A model generated the notes under the pieces. It was not told the DNA's origin. It saw only the letters and a program-made list of their open reading frames with translations, and searched no databases. The translations under genes were made by a program, and so were the position numbers. Positions 19,816 through 29,807 of a stretch of DNA of 63,336 bases are shown piece after piece; within the stretch, counting starts at the first letter, position 1, and each line of letters begins with the position of its first letter. Origin of the DNA: Thermomonas sp. (GTDB taxonomy: Bacteria; Pseudomonadota; Gammaproteobacteria; Xanthomonadales; Xanthomonadaceae); NCBI GenBank assembly GCA_036666995.1, contig JAVWUU010000001.1:1-63336 (forward strand), read 5' to 3'.

Positions 19816-20619
19816 TCAGCCGGCTTCGGCCAGCAGGCTTTCCAGTTCTTCCAGGTCGAAACCGGCCTGCAACCGCGCATCGGTATTGAACGGCTTGCGC
19901 AGCACGTCGCGGGCATGCGCGCGCAGCAACTCGCGGAACCTGGTGCGCGGCTCGACGCTCTCGCGTTCGCAATGCCAGCGGTACCAGCGCGAGCCGGCGG
20001 CGACATGCGCCACTTCCTCGCGCAGGATCACTTCGAGAATTCCGGCGGTAACCGCATCGCCCAGCGAGCGCAGCTTCACGATCATCCCCGGCGTCACGTC
20101 CAGCCCGCGCGCCTCCAGCACGCGCGGCACCAGCGCCATTCGCGCCAGTCCGCAACCTGCGGTCTTCTCGGCCATTTCCCACAGGCCGTTGTGCGCGTCG
20201 AAGTCGCCGTAGTCGTGACCCAGGTCCTTCAACCGCGCACGCAACATCTCGAAATGACGCGCCTCGTCATTCGCGACGGAAATCCAGTCGGCGTAGTACG
20301 CATCCGGCATGCCGCGGAAGCGATAGACCGCATCCCAGGCCAGGTCGATCGCGTTGAACTCGATATGCGCCACCGCATGGATGAAGGCGGCGCGACCTTC
20401 GTTGCTGCCGAAGCCGCGACGCGGCAGGTCGCGTGGATGCACCAGCTGCGGTCGTTGCGGCCGGCCCGGCATGCGGATCGGTTCGGGCGGTGGCGCATCG
20501 GCGTCGAGTGCGAGTTCGCCGCGTGCGAAGGCTTCTGTCATCGCATGCGTCAACGCGGGCTTGTCGTCCGGCGTGGCGGCGTCGAGACAGGCGCGGGCGG
20601 CTGCGAAGAGGCTGGTCAT
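19816..20619 (-). CDS. Ferritin-like domain protein (DUF455)
   Basis: HAVAHIEFNAIDLAWD, DEARHF, LEARGLDVTP, EEVAHV. Confidence 0.9.
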   Translation of the reverse strand: MTSLFAAARACLDAATPDDKPALTHAMTEAFARGELALDADAPPPEPIRMPGRPQRPQLVHPRDLPRRGFGSNEGRAAFIHAVAHIEFNAIDLAWDAVYRFRGMPDAYYADWISVANDEARHFEMLRARLKDLGHDYGDFDAHNGLWEMAEKTAGCGLARMALVPRVLEARGLDVTPGMIVKLRSLGDAVTAGILEVILREEVAHVAAGSRWYRWHCERESVEPRTRFRELLRAHARDVLRKPFNTDARLQAGFDLEELESLLAEAG

Positions 20620-20721
20620 GCTGTCATCGCGAGCGGGATCCGATGGGCCTCGCAAGTCGCTCCCCGATACTCGCTTGGTTGCGAGGCCCATCGGACCCCG
20701 CTTGCATACATCATCGCTGGA

Positions 20722-22191
20722 TTACGAAGCCCGCCGCGTCTTTTTCGCATCGTCCGAGCGCAGCTGCTGCAGCCGCTCGAAATAGCCGGCTTCGATCCCG
20801 GTCACGTACTCGCCGCTGAAGCAGGAACTGTCGAACTTGCGGCCCGGGAACTTCGGACCCGCCACCGCAGCCTCGAGGTCGGACAGCTCCTGGTAGATCA
20901 GCCAGTCGCAGCCGAGGAACTGCTCGATGTCCTTCTCGCTGCGATCGTGCGCCACCAGCTCGTCGGCCGACGGCATGTCGATGCCGTAGATGTTCGGATA
21001 GCGCACCGGCGGTGCAGCGGAGGCCAGGTACACCTTCTTGGCACCGGCATCGCGCGCCATCTGCACGATCTGCTTGGACGTGGTGCCGCGCACGATCGAA
21101 TCGTCCACCAGCAACACCACGCGGTTGCGGAACTCCAGCGGGATCGGATTGAGCTTGCGCTTGACCGACTTCGCGCGCTCGCCCTGCCCCGGCATGATGA
21201 AGGTGCGGCCGACGTAGCGATTCTTGATGAAGCCCTCGCGGTACTTCACGCCCAGCACGTTGGCGATTTCCAGTGCGGAATCGCGGCTGGTATCGGGGAT
21301 CGGGATCACCACGTCGATGTCGTGGTCGGGGCGCTCGCGCAGGATCTTCTCGCCCAGGGTCACGCCCATGCGCATGCGCGCCTTGTGCACCGAGATGTTC
21401 TCGATCATCGAGTCGGGCCGCGCGAAGTACACGTACTCGAAGATGCACGGCGCATGTTCCTGCGGCTGCGCGCACTGCTGCGCGAACAACTCGCCGCGCG
21501 CGGTGATGACGATGCACTCGCCCGGCTCGACGTCGCGTACGCGGTCGAAACCGAGGATATCCAGCGCCACCGACTCCGACGCGACGATGTATTCGTCGCC
21601 CTGCGCGGTCGATCGCTTGCCGAGCACCAGCGGGCGGATGCCGTGCGGATCGCGGAAGGCCACCAGGCCCAGGCCCAGCACCGCGCAGACCACCGCGTAG
21701 CCGCCCTTTGCGCGGCGATTGACGCCCTCCAGTGCCCGGAACACCGCATCCGGTGTCAGCACCCTCTGCAGGTCGAGTTCGTGCGCAAACACGTTGAGCA
21801 GCACTTCCGAATCCGACTCGGTGTTGACGTTGCGGCGGTCCTGCTCGAACACCTCGCGGCGCAGCGCGTCGGTGTTGATCAGGTTGCCGTTGTGCGCCAG
21901 CGCGATGCCAAACGGCGAGTTGACATAGAACGGTTGCGCCTCGTCGCTGCCTTCGCTGCCCGCGGTCGGGTAGCGGCAATGGGCGATGCCGACGCGCCCC
22001 GACAGCAGCGCCATCGACGGCTCGTCGAAGACGTCGCGCGCCAGGCCATTGCCCTTGTGCACGTGCAACTTGCCGCCATCCGCGGTGGCGATGCCGGCGG
22101 CGTCCTGTCCACGGTGCTGCAGTACGGTCAAGCCGTCGTACAACTGGGCCGCGACTTCACTGTGGCCGACGATTCCGACGATGCCGCACAT
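20722..22191 (-). CDS. purF: Amidophosphoribosyltransferase
   Basis: MCGIVG N-terminal nucleophile, [19 protein letters not shown]. Confidence 0.97.
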   Translation of the reverse strand: MCGIVGIVGHSEVAAQLYDGLTVLQHRGQDAAGIATADGGKLHVHKGNGLARDVFDEPSMALLSGRVGIAHCRYPTAGSEGSDEAQPFYVNSPFGIALAHNGNLINTDALRREVFEQDRRNVNTESDSEVLLNVFAHELDLQRVLTPDAVFRALEGVNRRAKGGYAVVCAVLGLGLVAFRDPHGIRPLVLGKRSTAQGDEYIVASESVALDILGFDRVRDVEPGECIVITARGELFAQQCAQPQEHAPCIFEYVYFARPDSMIENISVHKARMRMGVTLGEKILRERPDHDIDVVIPIPDTSRDSALEIANVLGVKYREGFIKNRYVGRTFIMPGQGERAKSVKRKLNPIPLEFRNRVVLLVDDSIVRGTTSKQIVQMARDAGAKKVYLASAAPPVRYPNIYGIDMPSADELVAHDRSEKDIEQFLGCDWLIYQELSDLEAAVAGPKFPGRKFDSSCFSGEYVTGIEAGYFERLQQLRSDDAKKTRRAS

Positions 22192-22231
22192 GGGTTGTTT
22201 CCTGCTTAGACGACGGATTTCGAACGATGGA

Positions 22232-23230
22232 TCAGGGATGCGGGCGGACGATGCCGTCGATGCCGGCCTTGGCCTTGACCTGCGCCTTCAGCGCATCGGC
22301 TTCGGCGCGGTTCATCGCCGGGCCGACGCGCACGCGGGTGCGCGTGCCGGCCTCGGTGCTCACGTTGTCCGTGAATGTGTTGAAGCCCGCTGCACGCAGC
22401 TTGTCGCGCAGCGCAGTCGCGGCGGCGGCATCGGCGAACGCACCGACCTGCACCGCGAAGCCGGTCTTGCTGGTATCGGCGGGCTTGCTCGCAGGTTCGG
22501 GCTTCGAGGGTGTTGGTGTTACCGCCGCGGGCTTGGATGCCGGCGTTGCGGGCTTGGCATCGGCAACCGGTGGCTTGGTCGTGACCGGCGGAACTGCGGG
22601 CTTGGGCGCTGGCGGCAGCGGCGCGGCTTTCGCGGGCGAGGCAGGCGCTGCAGCAACGGCGGTCGAAGGCGCGGGTGCGGCGGCGGGAGCGCTGCCATCG
22701 GCATCCAGCGCCAGCACCTTGGCACCAACGCCCGGATTCACCTGCGCGGCGCGAAGGCGCGCAGACTCCGCCACCGCGCGATCGGCGAACGGACCGATCC
22801 GCACGCGCTCGGCCTGGCGGCCATTGAGCGATACGGCGTCTCGGTAGGCGGGCAATTCGGCAGCCTTGAGCGCGGCGATGACCTTGTCGGCATCCGCAGC
22901 AGTCGCGTAGCTGCCGAAGCTGACCGCGAAATCGCCGGCTGCGCTGGCGGGGAACGCGCCTTCCTGCACGGGCTGCGCGGCGGGTTCGGCGACCGTGGTG
23001 GGCATGCCCGTCGCACCACCCTCAGGCGCGCCGGCCGGCGCGACCAGCGGCAGATCCTGGGTGACCATGCCATCGGCGGCGTCGGGTTCGGCGGGCACGT
23101 CCAGCGGGACATCGGACACGCCGCTATCGGGCGCGGGGCCCTTGACCAGCATCGGCAGGAAGATCACCGCCAGCGCGACCAATACGACCGCACCGACCAG
23201 GCGCTGTTTCAACGAGGTATCCATCGGCAT
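22232..23230 (-). CDS. dedD: DedD-like SPOR-domain cell division protein (two SPOR domains)
   Basis: [20 protein letters not shown] anchor; Pro/Ala linker; AVQVGAF...RVRVGP. Confidence 0.85.
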   Translation of the reverse strand: MPMDTSLKQRLVGAVVLVALAVIFLPMLVKGPAPDSGVSDVPLDVPAEPDAADGMVTQDLPLVAPAGAPEGGATGMPTTVAEPAAQPVQEGAFPASAAGDFAVSFGSYATAADADKVIAALKAAELPAYRDAVSLNGRQAERVRIGPFADRAVAESARLRAAQVNPGVGAKVLALDADGSAPAAAPAPSTAVAAAPASPAKAAPLPPAPKPAVPPVTTKPPVADAKPATPASKPAAVTPTPSKPEPASKPADTSKTGFAVQVGAFADAAAATALRDKLRAAGFNTFTDNVSTEAGTRTRVRVGPAMNRAEADALKAQVKAKAGIDGIVRPHP

Positions 23231-23286
23231 ACCGTGTGCGGCCAGCGTCGCGGGGGAACCGCAATTATACCGGCCCGCCGCCCGGG

Positions 23287-24555
23287 TCAGGCCAAGCCGT
23301 TCAGCCTGCGCAAAGCCAGTGCAGTGACATGGAAGGACCCGAACACCAGTACGCGCCCGTCGGGGCCGGCGGCCTCCAGTGCCGCATCCAGCGCCGCATC
23401 GGGATCTGCATGCGCTTCGGCATCTGCCGCGTCGGTGCCCGCGAGGCGCTGTCGTAGCGTGGCCGCGTCCTGCCCGCGTGGCCCGGCATCCGCCATTCCC
23501 GCGATATGCCAGGCATCCACGCCATCGGCCAGCGCGGTCACCACCCCGGCCGCATCCTTGTCAGCCAGCGCGGCATACACCGCCACGGTGCGACGGCGCG
23601 GTTGCGCACGCAGCCAGGCGGCCAGCGCCCGTGCGGCCTGCGGGTTGTGGCCGACGTCGACAACGACCTCGACGCCATCGCGCTGGAACCGCTGCAGCCG
23701 GCCCATGACCTGCGCATTGACGATGCCCTCTGCGAACGCCTGCTTGCGGATCGTCCCCGGCAGGGCGCGCAACGCGGCGACCGCACAGGCGGCATTGCGC
23801 AGTTGCACCGGCGCATCCAGCGCGGGCCGCGGCAGGGTCATCGCGTGCCCGACCTCGCGCCAGCGCCAGCTCGTGGCGTCGATCGGTTCGGCGAAGAAGT
23901 CGTTGGCGATGCGCCAGGATTGCGCGCCGATCGCATAGGCATGCCGCAGCACGCTGGCGGGCGGGTCGTCGTCGCCCAGCACCAGCGGTTTGAACGGGCG
24001 CGCGATGCCGGCCTTCTCGAAGCCGATCGACTCGATGTCGTGGCCCAGCCAGTCCTGGTGATCGAGGTCGACGGTAGTGATCACCGCCACGTCGGCATCG
24101 ATGATGTTCACCGCGTCCAGGCGACCGCCCAGGCCAACCTCCAGCACCACCAGGTCCAGCTTCGCGCGCGCGAACAGCCACAGCGCGCACAGCGTTCCGT
24201 ACTCGAAATAGGTCAGCGGGGTGTCGCCACGTGCGGCCTCGACCGCCTCGAAGCCTTGCACCAGCGCATCATCGTCCGCATCCACGCCATCGATGCGCAC
24301 GCGCTCGTTGTAACGCAGCAGATGCGGCGATGTGTAGCCGCCGGTAGACCAGCCATGCGCGCGACCGATCGCCTCGATGAAGGCGACTGTCGAGCCCTTG
24401 CCATTGGTGCCGCCGACGGTGATGACGCGTTTCGCGGGCTTGCCGAGTTGCATGCGCCTGGCCACTTCGCGCACGCGCTCCAGCCCCATCGCGATGGCCT
24501 TTGGATGTTGCTGCTCGATGTACTCGAGCCAGTCGTTGAGGGTGCGTGTTGGCAT
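23287..24555 (-). CDS. folC: Dihydrofolate/folylpolyglutamate synthase
   Basis: GTNGKGST, TSPHL, LEVGLGGRLDAVN, DVGHNP, FGSF. Confidence 0.95.
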   Translation of the reverse strand: MPTRTLNDWLEYIEQQHPKAIAMGLERVREVARRMQLGKPAKRVITVGGTNGKGSTVAFIEAIGRAHGWSTGGYTSPHLLRYNERVRIDGVDADDDALVQGFEAVEAARGDTPLTYFEYGTLCALWLFARAKLDLVVLEVGLGGRLDAVNIIDADVAVITTVDLDHQDWLGHDIESIGFEKAGIARPFKPLVLGDDDPPASVLRHAYAIGAQSWRIANDFFAEPIDATSWRWREVGHAMTLPRPALDAPVQLRNAACAVAALRALPGTIRKQAFAEGIVNAQVMGRLQRFQRDGVEVVVDVGHNPQAARALAAWLRAQPRRRTVAVYAALADKDAAGVVTALADGVDAWHIAGMADAGPRGQDAATLRQRLAGTDAADAEAHADPDAALDAALEAAGPDGRVLVFGSFHVTALALRRLNGLA

Positions 24556-24598
24556 GCCGCTATTATCCGGCCTCGTCCCCGCCACGCGACAGCCCGAC

Positions 24599-25456
24599 AT
24601 GACGCAGCCCTCGCCCATCCTCGGTTCCATGCGTTTCGGCAGCTGGGGCGCGAAGCTCTCGCCACAAGACGTGGCGACCTTGCTCGAAGTCGCGCTCGAC
24701 GCCGGCATCGACACCCTGGACCTGGCCAACATCTACGGCGACCACGCCACCAACCCGCTGGTCGGCGACGCGCTGGCGCTGCGTCCCGGCCTGCGGCAAC
24801 GCCTGAAGTTGCTGGCGAAGATCGGCATCGTCCGCACCAGCAGCCCAGGCAACCCGCGCGGCGTGCAGCACTACGACCTGTCGGTGCGCCACCTGCGTGC
24901 GTCGCTGGAGGCCAGCCTGCGCGACCTGCGCACGGACCATGTCGATGTGCTTATGCTGCATCGCTTCGACCCGCTGCTGGAACCGAAAGCGATCGCCGAC
25001 TGGGCGCGCGCTGAAATGACCGCGGGACGCATCGGTGCGTTCGGCGTCTCCAACTTCAATGCGCATGCGCTTGCGTTGTTCGACGGCAAGCTCGACATCG
25101 TCGGCAACCAGGTCGAACTGTCGCTGGCCAACAGTGCGGTCATTGAGGACGGCACGCTCGATGCCACCCGCGCGCGCGGTGCGCAGGTGCAAGCCTGGTC
25201 GCCGCTGGGCGGTGGTGGCTTGCTGCAACCGCCCGCGGCGTTGGGCGATGTGTTGCAGTCGTTGGGCGGTGAACTCGGGCTCGATGCCGCATCGCTGCTG
25301 TTGCGCTGGGTCGCGACCGTGCCTGATACGCGCGTGGTGATCGGCAGCACGGACGCCAACAGGATTCGCGCTGCTGCCGAGGCATGCGCCACGCCGTTGC
25401 CGAAGGATGCCTGGTATGCGCTGTGGGAAGCGGCGCGTGGGTATCCGGTGCCATGA
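24599..25456 (+). CDS. Aldo/keto reductase (YdhF-like)
   Basis: DLANIYG, SLRDLRTDHVDVLMLHR, GVSNF, NQVELS, AWSPLGGG. Confidence 0.9.
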   Translation: MTQPSPILGSMRFGSWGAKLSPQDVATLLEVALDAGIDTLDLANIYGDHATNPLVGDALALRPGLRQRLKLLAKIGIVRTSSPGNPRGVQHYDLSVRHLRASLEASLRDLRTDHVDVLMLHRFDPLLEPKAIADWARAEMTAGRIGAFGVSNFNAHALALFDGKLDIVGNQVELSLANSAVIEDGTLDATRARGAQVQAWSPLGGGGLLQPPAALGDVLQSLGGELGLDAASLLLRWVATVPDTRVVIGSTDANRIRAAAEACATPLPKDAWYALWEAARGYPVP

Positions 25457-25474
25457 CACACGAACGTGTTTGCG

Positions 25475-26320
25475 TCAGCTGCCTTCCGGCTTGGGCGGCG
25501 GCGGAGGCGGAGGCGGCGGCATATCGTCCTGGGGGCCGAATCCCGTCACGAACTGCTTGAAACGCCCGCACATCTCGGAGTCGGCAGGCTCGCAGAGGTA
25601 GCTGGTCACCCAGAACCCACGCTTGCCATCGGAAACAGCGCGCTGGCGGTAAAGGCCACGACCATCCTCGGAAGGATCGGCGATCAGGTACCAGTAACTG
25701 ATGCCTTCCTCGTCCAACAGGCTGTATTGCTTCACGACAGGCTCCGGATCGGCATGGCGCTCGCCATACCGATCCAGCATGTCCACTGCCTGCCCGATGC
25801 TGGCGACGCCGATGGGGTATTCGTCGGCCACGAAGCCGGTTACCCGTCCGTCCGCGAGGAGCGCAGGCGACTTCGCCTGCATTGCCCTGCGGGCCACGAA
25901 GAATCCGTCACGCGGACGGGAACGCGATGTCGCCTTGGGATTCGGCCCACCGGCATCCGGGTCGAACTTTACGGGCACCCGCACCTTCGATGCCATCGCC
26001 ACGCCTTGGGCATCGGTCTGCGGCGGCAGGTGCCAGGTCCTGGCTGCAGTGACAGCGGCGGCATCCAGCGTCCTGTCGCCCGAGCTTTTCTCGACCTGCA
26101 CCTCCACTGCCCGCCCGCAGCGATCGAGGCTGACGATCAGGGTGACTTCGCCACGCAACAGCTCGGCACCTTCCGGCACCTGCGGCGGTTGTGGCGGCGC
26201 GGAGGGCTCGGCTTGCGTGCAATCGGCCAGCGGGTCAGCAGTGAACGCCAATGGCACGGCGTGCGCTTCCATCGCCGAGCCAAACGCGATGATGGTCGCG
26301 ACCAATGTCCATCGACTCAT
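25475..26320 (-). CDS. Exported TonB C-terminal-domain protein with extra C-terminal domain
   Basis: Signal peptide; GEVTLIVSLD..G...VEKSSG...LDAAAV..A..W is a TonB_C pattern; poly-Pro tail. Confidence 0.7.
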   Translation of the reverse strand: MSRWTLVATIIAFGSAMEAHAVPLAFTADPLADCTQAEPSAPPQPPQVPEGAELLRGEVTLIVSLDRCGRAVEVQVEKSSGDRTLDAAAVTAARTWHLPPQTDAQGVAMASKVRVPVKFDPDAGGPNPKATSRSRPRDGFFVARRAMQAKSPALLADGRVTGFVADEYPIGVASIGQAVDMLDRYGERHADPEPVVKQYSLLDEEGISYWYLIADPSEDGRGLYRQRAVSDGKRGFWVTSYLCEPADSEMCGRFKQFVTGFGPQDDMPPPPPPPPPKPEGS

Positions 26321-26356
26321 GGATGTTCTTCTCCGTATGCCGTCGCCTTCGTTCGC

Positions 26357-27007
26357 TCAGAGCGCGCGATGCTTCGCCTCGCCGAACAGCGCGGTGTGGT
26401 GGCTGCAATCGTTGAGGCGCACCACTTCCAGCGCATCGACCGAGGCGCCTTCCAGCAGGTTGATCGTGGTCGGCGCCTGGCGGAAGCCCCACAGCTTCGA
26501 CAGCGGGATGCCGAGGATCCGGCACAGCAGTACGCGGTTGACCGCATCGTGCGCGACCACCAGCAAGGTGTCGTGTTCGCCGAGGCCGGCGCAGGCACGC
26601 GCAAACGCAGGCCATGCGCGATCCAGGACCTGCTGCAGCGACTCGCCACCCTCGCCCGGCATCTGCACCGTCTCCGGTGCATCGCGCCAGGCCCGCAGGC
26701 GTTCGCCGTCGCGTTCGTCGATCTCGCTGGCCAGCAGGCCTTCCCACTCGCCGTGGGCGATTTCCTTCAGGCCTTCGTCGAACATCAGCTGGCCGGCACG
26801 TTCGCTGCCCAGCGCCAGTTCTGCGGTGCGTCTCGCGCGCGACAGCGGCGAGGCGATCGCACGCTGGATCGGCAGGTCACGCAGGCGTTCACCGAGGGCG
26901 GAGGCCTGGGCAATGCCGACCTCCGACAACGCGATGTCTTCCTGGCCCTGATAGCGGCCCTCGGCGTTCCACGGCGTCTCGCCATGACGTGCAAGCAGGA
27001 TCTTCAT
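26357..27007 (-). CDS. Histidine phosphatase (phosphoglycerate mutase family)
   Basis: RHGETPWN, SPLSRARRTA, VVAH. Confidence 0.9.
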   Translation of the reverse strand: MKILLARHGETPWNAEGRYQGQEDIALSEVGIAQASALGERLRDLPIQRAIASPLSRARRTAELALGSERAGQLMFDEGLKEIAHGEWEGLLASEIDERDGERLRAWRDAPETVQMPGEGGESLQQVLDRAWPAFARACAGLGEHDTLLVVAHDAVNRVLLCRILGIPLSKLWGFRQAPTTINLLEGASVDALEVVRLNDCSHHTALFGEAKHRAL

Positions 27008-27114
27008 GACAATCGCCCCTGTTCATCGATGTTGCGTTGCAACAGCCTAGCAGGTTGCACGCGGCCTTACGGCACCGGCGCTAGGCTATGCGCCCCGTTC
27101 AAAGGATCCCCCGC

Positions 27115-27507
27115 ATGCAAGCCAAGGGCGAGTTCGAGGTCAAACGCATCCCGCAGGACGAACTGGACATCGGCGAGGGCGCGACGGTCGGCCATTCGCG
27201 CTTCGACAAGCGCTTCCACGGCCCGCTGGACGCGACCAGCGTGGTCCACATGCTCGCCCTGATGTCGTCGGTGCAGGGCTCGGGCGCGTACGTGGCGATG
27301 GAACGCATCGACGGCAGCCTGGACGGCCGCCGCGGCAGCTTCTACACGCAGCACAACGGCATCATGGATCGCGGCAAGCCATCGCTGGACCTGACAGTGG
27401 TGCCCGACAGCGGTACCGGCGAACTCGTCGGCCTGCATGGGCGCATCGCCATCGACATCGCCGACGGCAAGCACTACTACACCTTCGACTACGACTTCCG
27501 CGACTGA
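27115..27507 (+). CDS. DUF3224 family protein
   Basis: KRFHGPL, YVAMERIDGSLDGRRGSF, VVPDSGTGEL, HYYTFDY. Confidence 0.85.
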   Translation: MQAKGEFEVKRIPQDELDIGEGATVGHSRFDKRFHGPLDATSVVHMLALMSSVQGSGAYVAMERIDGSLDGRRGSFYTQHNGIMDRGKPSLDLTVVPDSGTGELVGLHGRIAIDIADGKHYYTFDYDFRD

Positions 27508-27520
27508 CCATCGCCGCAAA

Positions 27521-27550
27521 CGGAAACGCCGGCACGGAGCCGGCGTTCCC
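27521..27550. terminator. Hairpin between convergent genes
   Basis: AACGCCGGC-acgga-GCCGGCGTT. Confidence 0.55.
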
Positions 27551-27573
27551 ATGTCACCGATGTCGCGGGCGCA

Positions 27574-29745
27574 TCACTTCTTTGGCGCGACGCCCATTTC
27601 CTTCAGCAGCTGCGGCGCCGGCATCACTTCCTGCATCACCCAACGCATGTAGCGCTGGTCGACCGAGATCATCCGGGTCACCGTCGGATCGAACACCCAG
27701 TTCGACGCCACCGACTCCCAGTTGCCGTCGAACGCCAGGCCGACCAGCTTGCCGTGCGCGTCCAGCACCGGCGAACCCGAGTTGCCGCCGGTGATGTCGA
27801 GGTCGGACAGGAAGTTGACCGGCACGGTCTTCAGCTTCGCATCGGCCATGCCCGCGTACTTCTTCGCCTTGATCGCGTCCAGCTGCGCCTGCGGTGCGTC
27901 GAACGGCTCCTTGCCGGTGGCCTTGGCCGCCACCTGCTCCAGCGTGGTGAACGCGTCTTCCGGCTTGGCACTGCCGGGCTTGGTGTAGCCCATCACGTTG
28001 CCGAAGGTGATCCGCAGCGAGGAGTTCGCATCCGGATACACGGCCTTGCCCTGGGCCTTGTTGTAGTCGGCCACGGCCTGCAGGTAGGTCGCGCGCGGGA
28101 TGATGGTCTCACCGGCGCGCAGCTTGCGGTCTTCCTCCAGCTTCAGTGAGGTCGGCAGCATCGCCACTGCGTACTGGATCGCCGGATCGGTGCTGGCCTC
28201 GAAGGCCTTGCGATCGGCCGCCAGCCACTTCATGCGCTCGTCCACGCTGCCCAGCTTGCTGGCGTTGATGCGATCCAGCGCGGCATCGACCGCCTTCGCG
28301 TCGTTGCCGCCGATCCATTTGTCGATGGCGGGCACGCGCTGGTCGGCCGGCAACGCGATGTACTGCAGCAGCCAGTAACGCTGGATCTGCCGATCCATCG
28401 CCGCCACGTAGCGACGATCCATCTGCTTCACGCCACCCTCGATGCCCGGCAGGTCGCGCTGCTGGAAGCCGGACTCGCGCTGCGCGTCGGGCTTATCGCG
28501 TTCGATCGACAGGCGGTACAGGGTCAGCGCGCTGCTGCCCAGCGCACCGCCGACGTTGCCGATCACCGCATCGCGTTCGCGGGTCTTGCGCGCATCGTCG
28601 CCCAGCTTGACCAGGGTGTCGTGCGCGGCCAGCGCCTGCGCGCCGTCGGCGCCACGCGACTTCAGCCAGTCGAGCACCGCCTGTTCGCGCTCGCGCTTGA
28701 TGCCGGCCGCGCCCATGCGCGCGAAGCCTTCCATCTGCCCGTCGTAATTCTTCAGCGTGTTTTCCCAGCCACGCACGGTGTTGGCGTACTTGACCTCGAT
28801 GTCCTTGTTGGTCTCGCCGGCGGCCAGCACCATCGCAACCAGTTCCTTGAAGCGCTTGCTGACGGTCGGATAAGTCCAGCTGCTGGTGGCATCGAAATCC
28901 GCGGCGAGCGCGTAGCGCGCGGTGCTGCCGGGATAGCCGGCGACCATCACGAAGTCGCCCTCGCGCAGCGGCTGGTCGGCGATCTTCAGCCAGTGCTTCG
29001 GCTGGAACGGCACGTTGTCCTTGCTGTACGCGGCCGGCTTGCCGTCCTTGCCGACATAGGCGCGGTAGAAGCTGAAATCGCCGGTGTGGCGCGGCCACAT
29101 CCAGTTGTCGACTTCGCCACCATAGTTGCCCACGCCGCGCGGCGGCGCGTACGCCAGGCGCACGTCCTTGATCTCGATGTTCTTGAACAGGCGATAGGTA
29201 TTGCCGCCCATGAAGCTGTAGAGGCGGCAGCGCGAACCGGCATCGGCCTCGCAATCACCGACCAGCTTCTTCTCCAGGTCGTCCACTGCCTTGGTGCGCT
29301 CCAGCGGACCCGGCGCGGCAGCAATCGCGGCCTTCACCTGCGCGGTGACGTCGGTGATTTCGTCCAGCACGTAGATGCGCGCGTTCGGACCACCGGACAG
29401 CTCATCGGCCAGGGTCGGCGCGTTGAAACCGAGATCGATCAGGTTGCGCTCCGCGGTGGAGTTCAACTGGATCGCGCCGTAAGCGCAGTGGTGGTTGGTC
29501 ACCACCAATCCATTCGGAGACACGAAGCTGGCCGTGCAGCCGCCCAGCGAGACCACCGCGCCCATCGGGTCGCCGGTGAGGTCTGCAAGCTGCTTCGGGT
29601 CCAGCTTCAGGCCGGCCTTCTTCAGCGGACCGGCGATTTCCGGCAACTGCTGCGGCACCCACATGCCCTCGCCCGCGCTCGCGGACAGCACCGCCATTCC
29701 CATCGTCGCCACGGCGATTCCCGTGGCCAGCATCGTCTTGCGCAT
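27574..29745 (-). CDS. S46 dipeptidyl peptidase, DPP7/DAP BII type
   Basis: [30 protein letters not shown] (Gly at S1 position). Confidence 0.92.
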   Translation of the reverse strand: MRKTMLATGIAVATMGMAVLSASAGEGMWVPQQLPEIAGPLKKAGLKLDPKQLADLTGDPMGAVVSLGGCTASFVSPNGLVVTNHHCAYGAIQLNSTAERNLIDLGFNAPTLADELSGGPNARIYVLDEITDVTAQVKAAIAAAPGPLERTKAVDDLEKKLVGDCEADAGSRCRLYSFMGGNTYRLFKNIEIKDVRLAYAPPRGVGNYGGEVDNWMWPRHTGDFSFYRAYVGKDGKPAAYSKDNVPFQPKHWLKIADQPLREGDFVMVAGYPGSTARYALAADFDATSSWTYPTVSKRFKELVAMVLAAGETNKDIEVKYANTVRGWENTLKNYDGQMEGFARMGAAGIKREREQAVLDWLKSRGADGAQALAAHDTLVKLGDDARKTRERDAVIGNVGGALGSSALTLYRLSIERDKPDAQRESGFQQRDLPGIEGGVKQMDRRYVAAMDRQIQRYWLLQYIALPADQRVPAIDKWIGGNDAKAVDAALDRINASKLGSVDERMKWLAADRKAFEASTDPAIQYAVAMLPTSLKLEEDRKLRAGETIIPRATYLQAVADYNKAQGKAVYPDANSSLRITFGNVMGYTKPGSAKPEDAFTTLEQVAAKATGKEPFDAPQAQLDAIKAKKYAGMADAKLKTVPVNFLSDLDITGGNSGSPVLDAHGKLVGLAFDGNWESVASNWVFDPTVTRMISVDQRYMRWVMQEVMPAPQLLKEMGVAPKK

Positions 29746-29807
29746 CGTCGTTTCCTTATCGGTTGTTCTTGATTCGTGCGTGCATCAACTCAGGCTCGAG
29801 TGCTGGT

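Noticed and set aside
22480-22700. Repetitive Pro/Ala/Lys-coding DNA
   Set aside because: Ordinary low-complexity DedD linker, not a DNA repeat array
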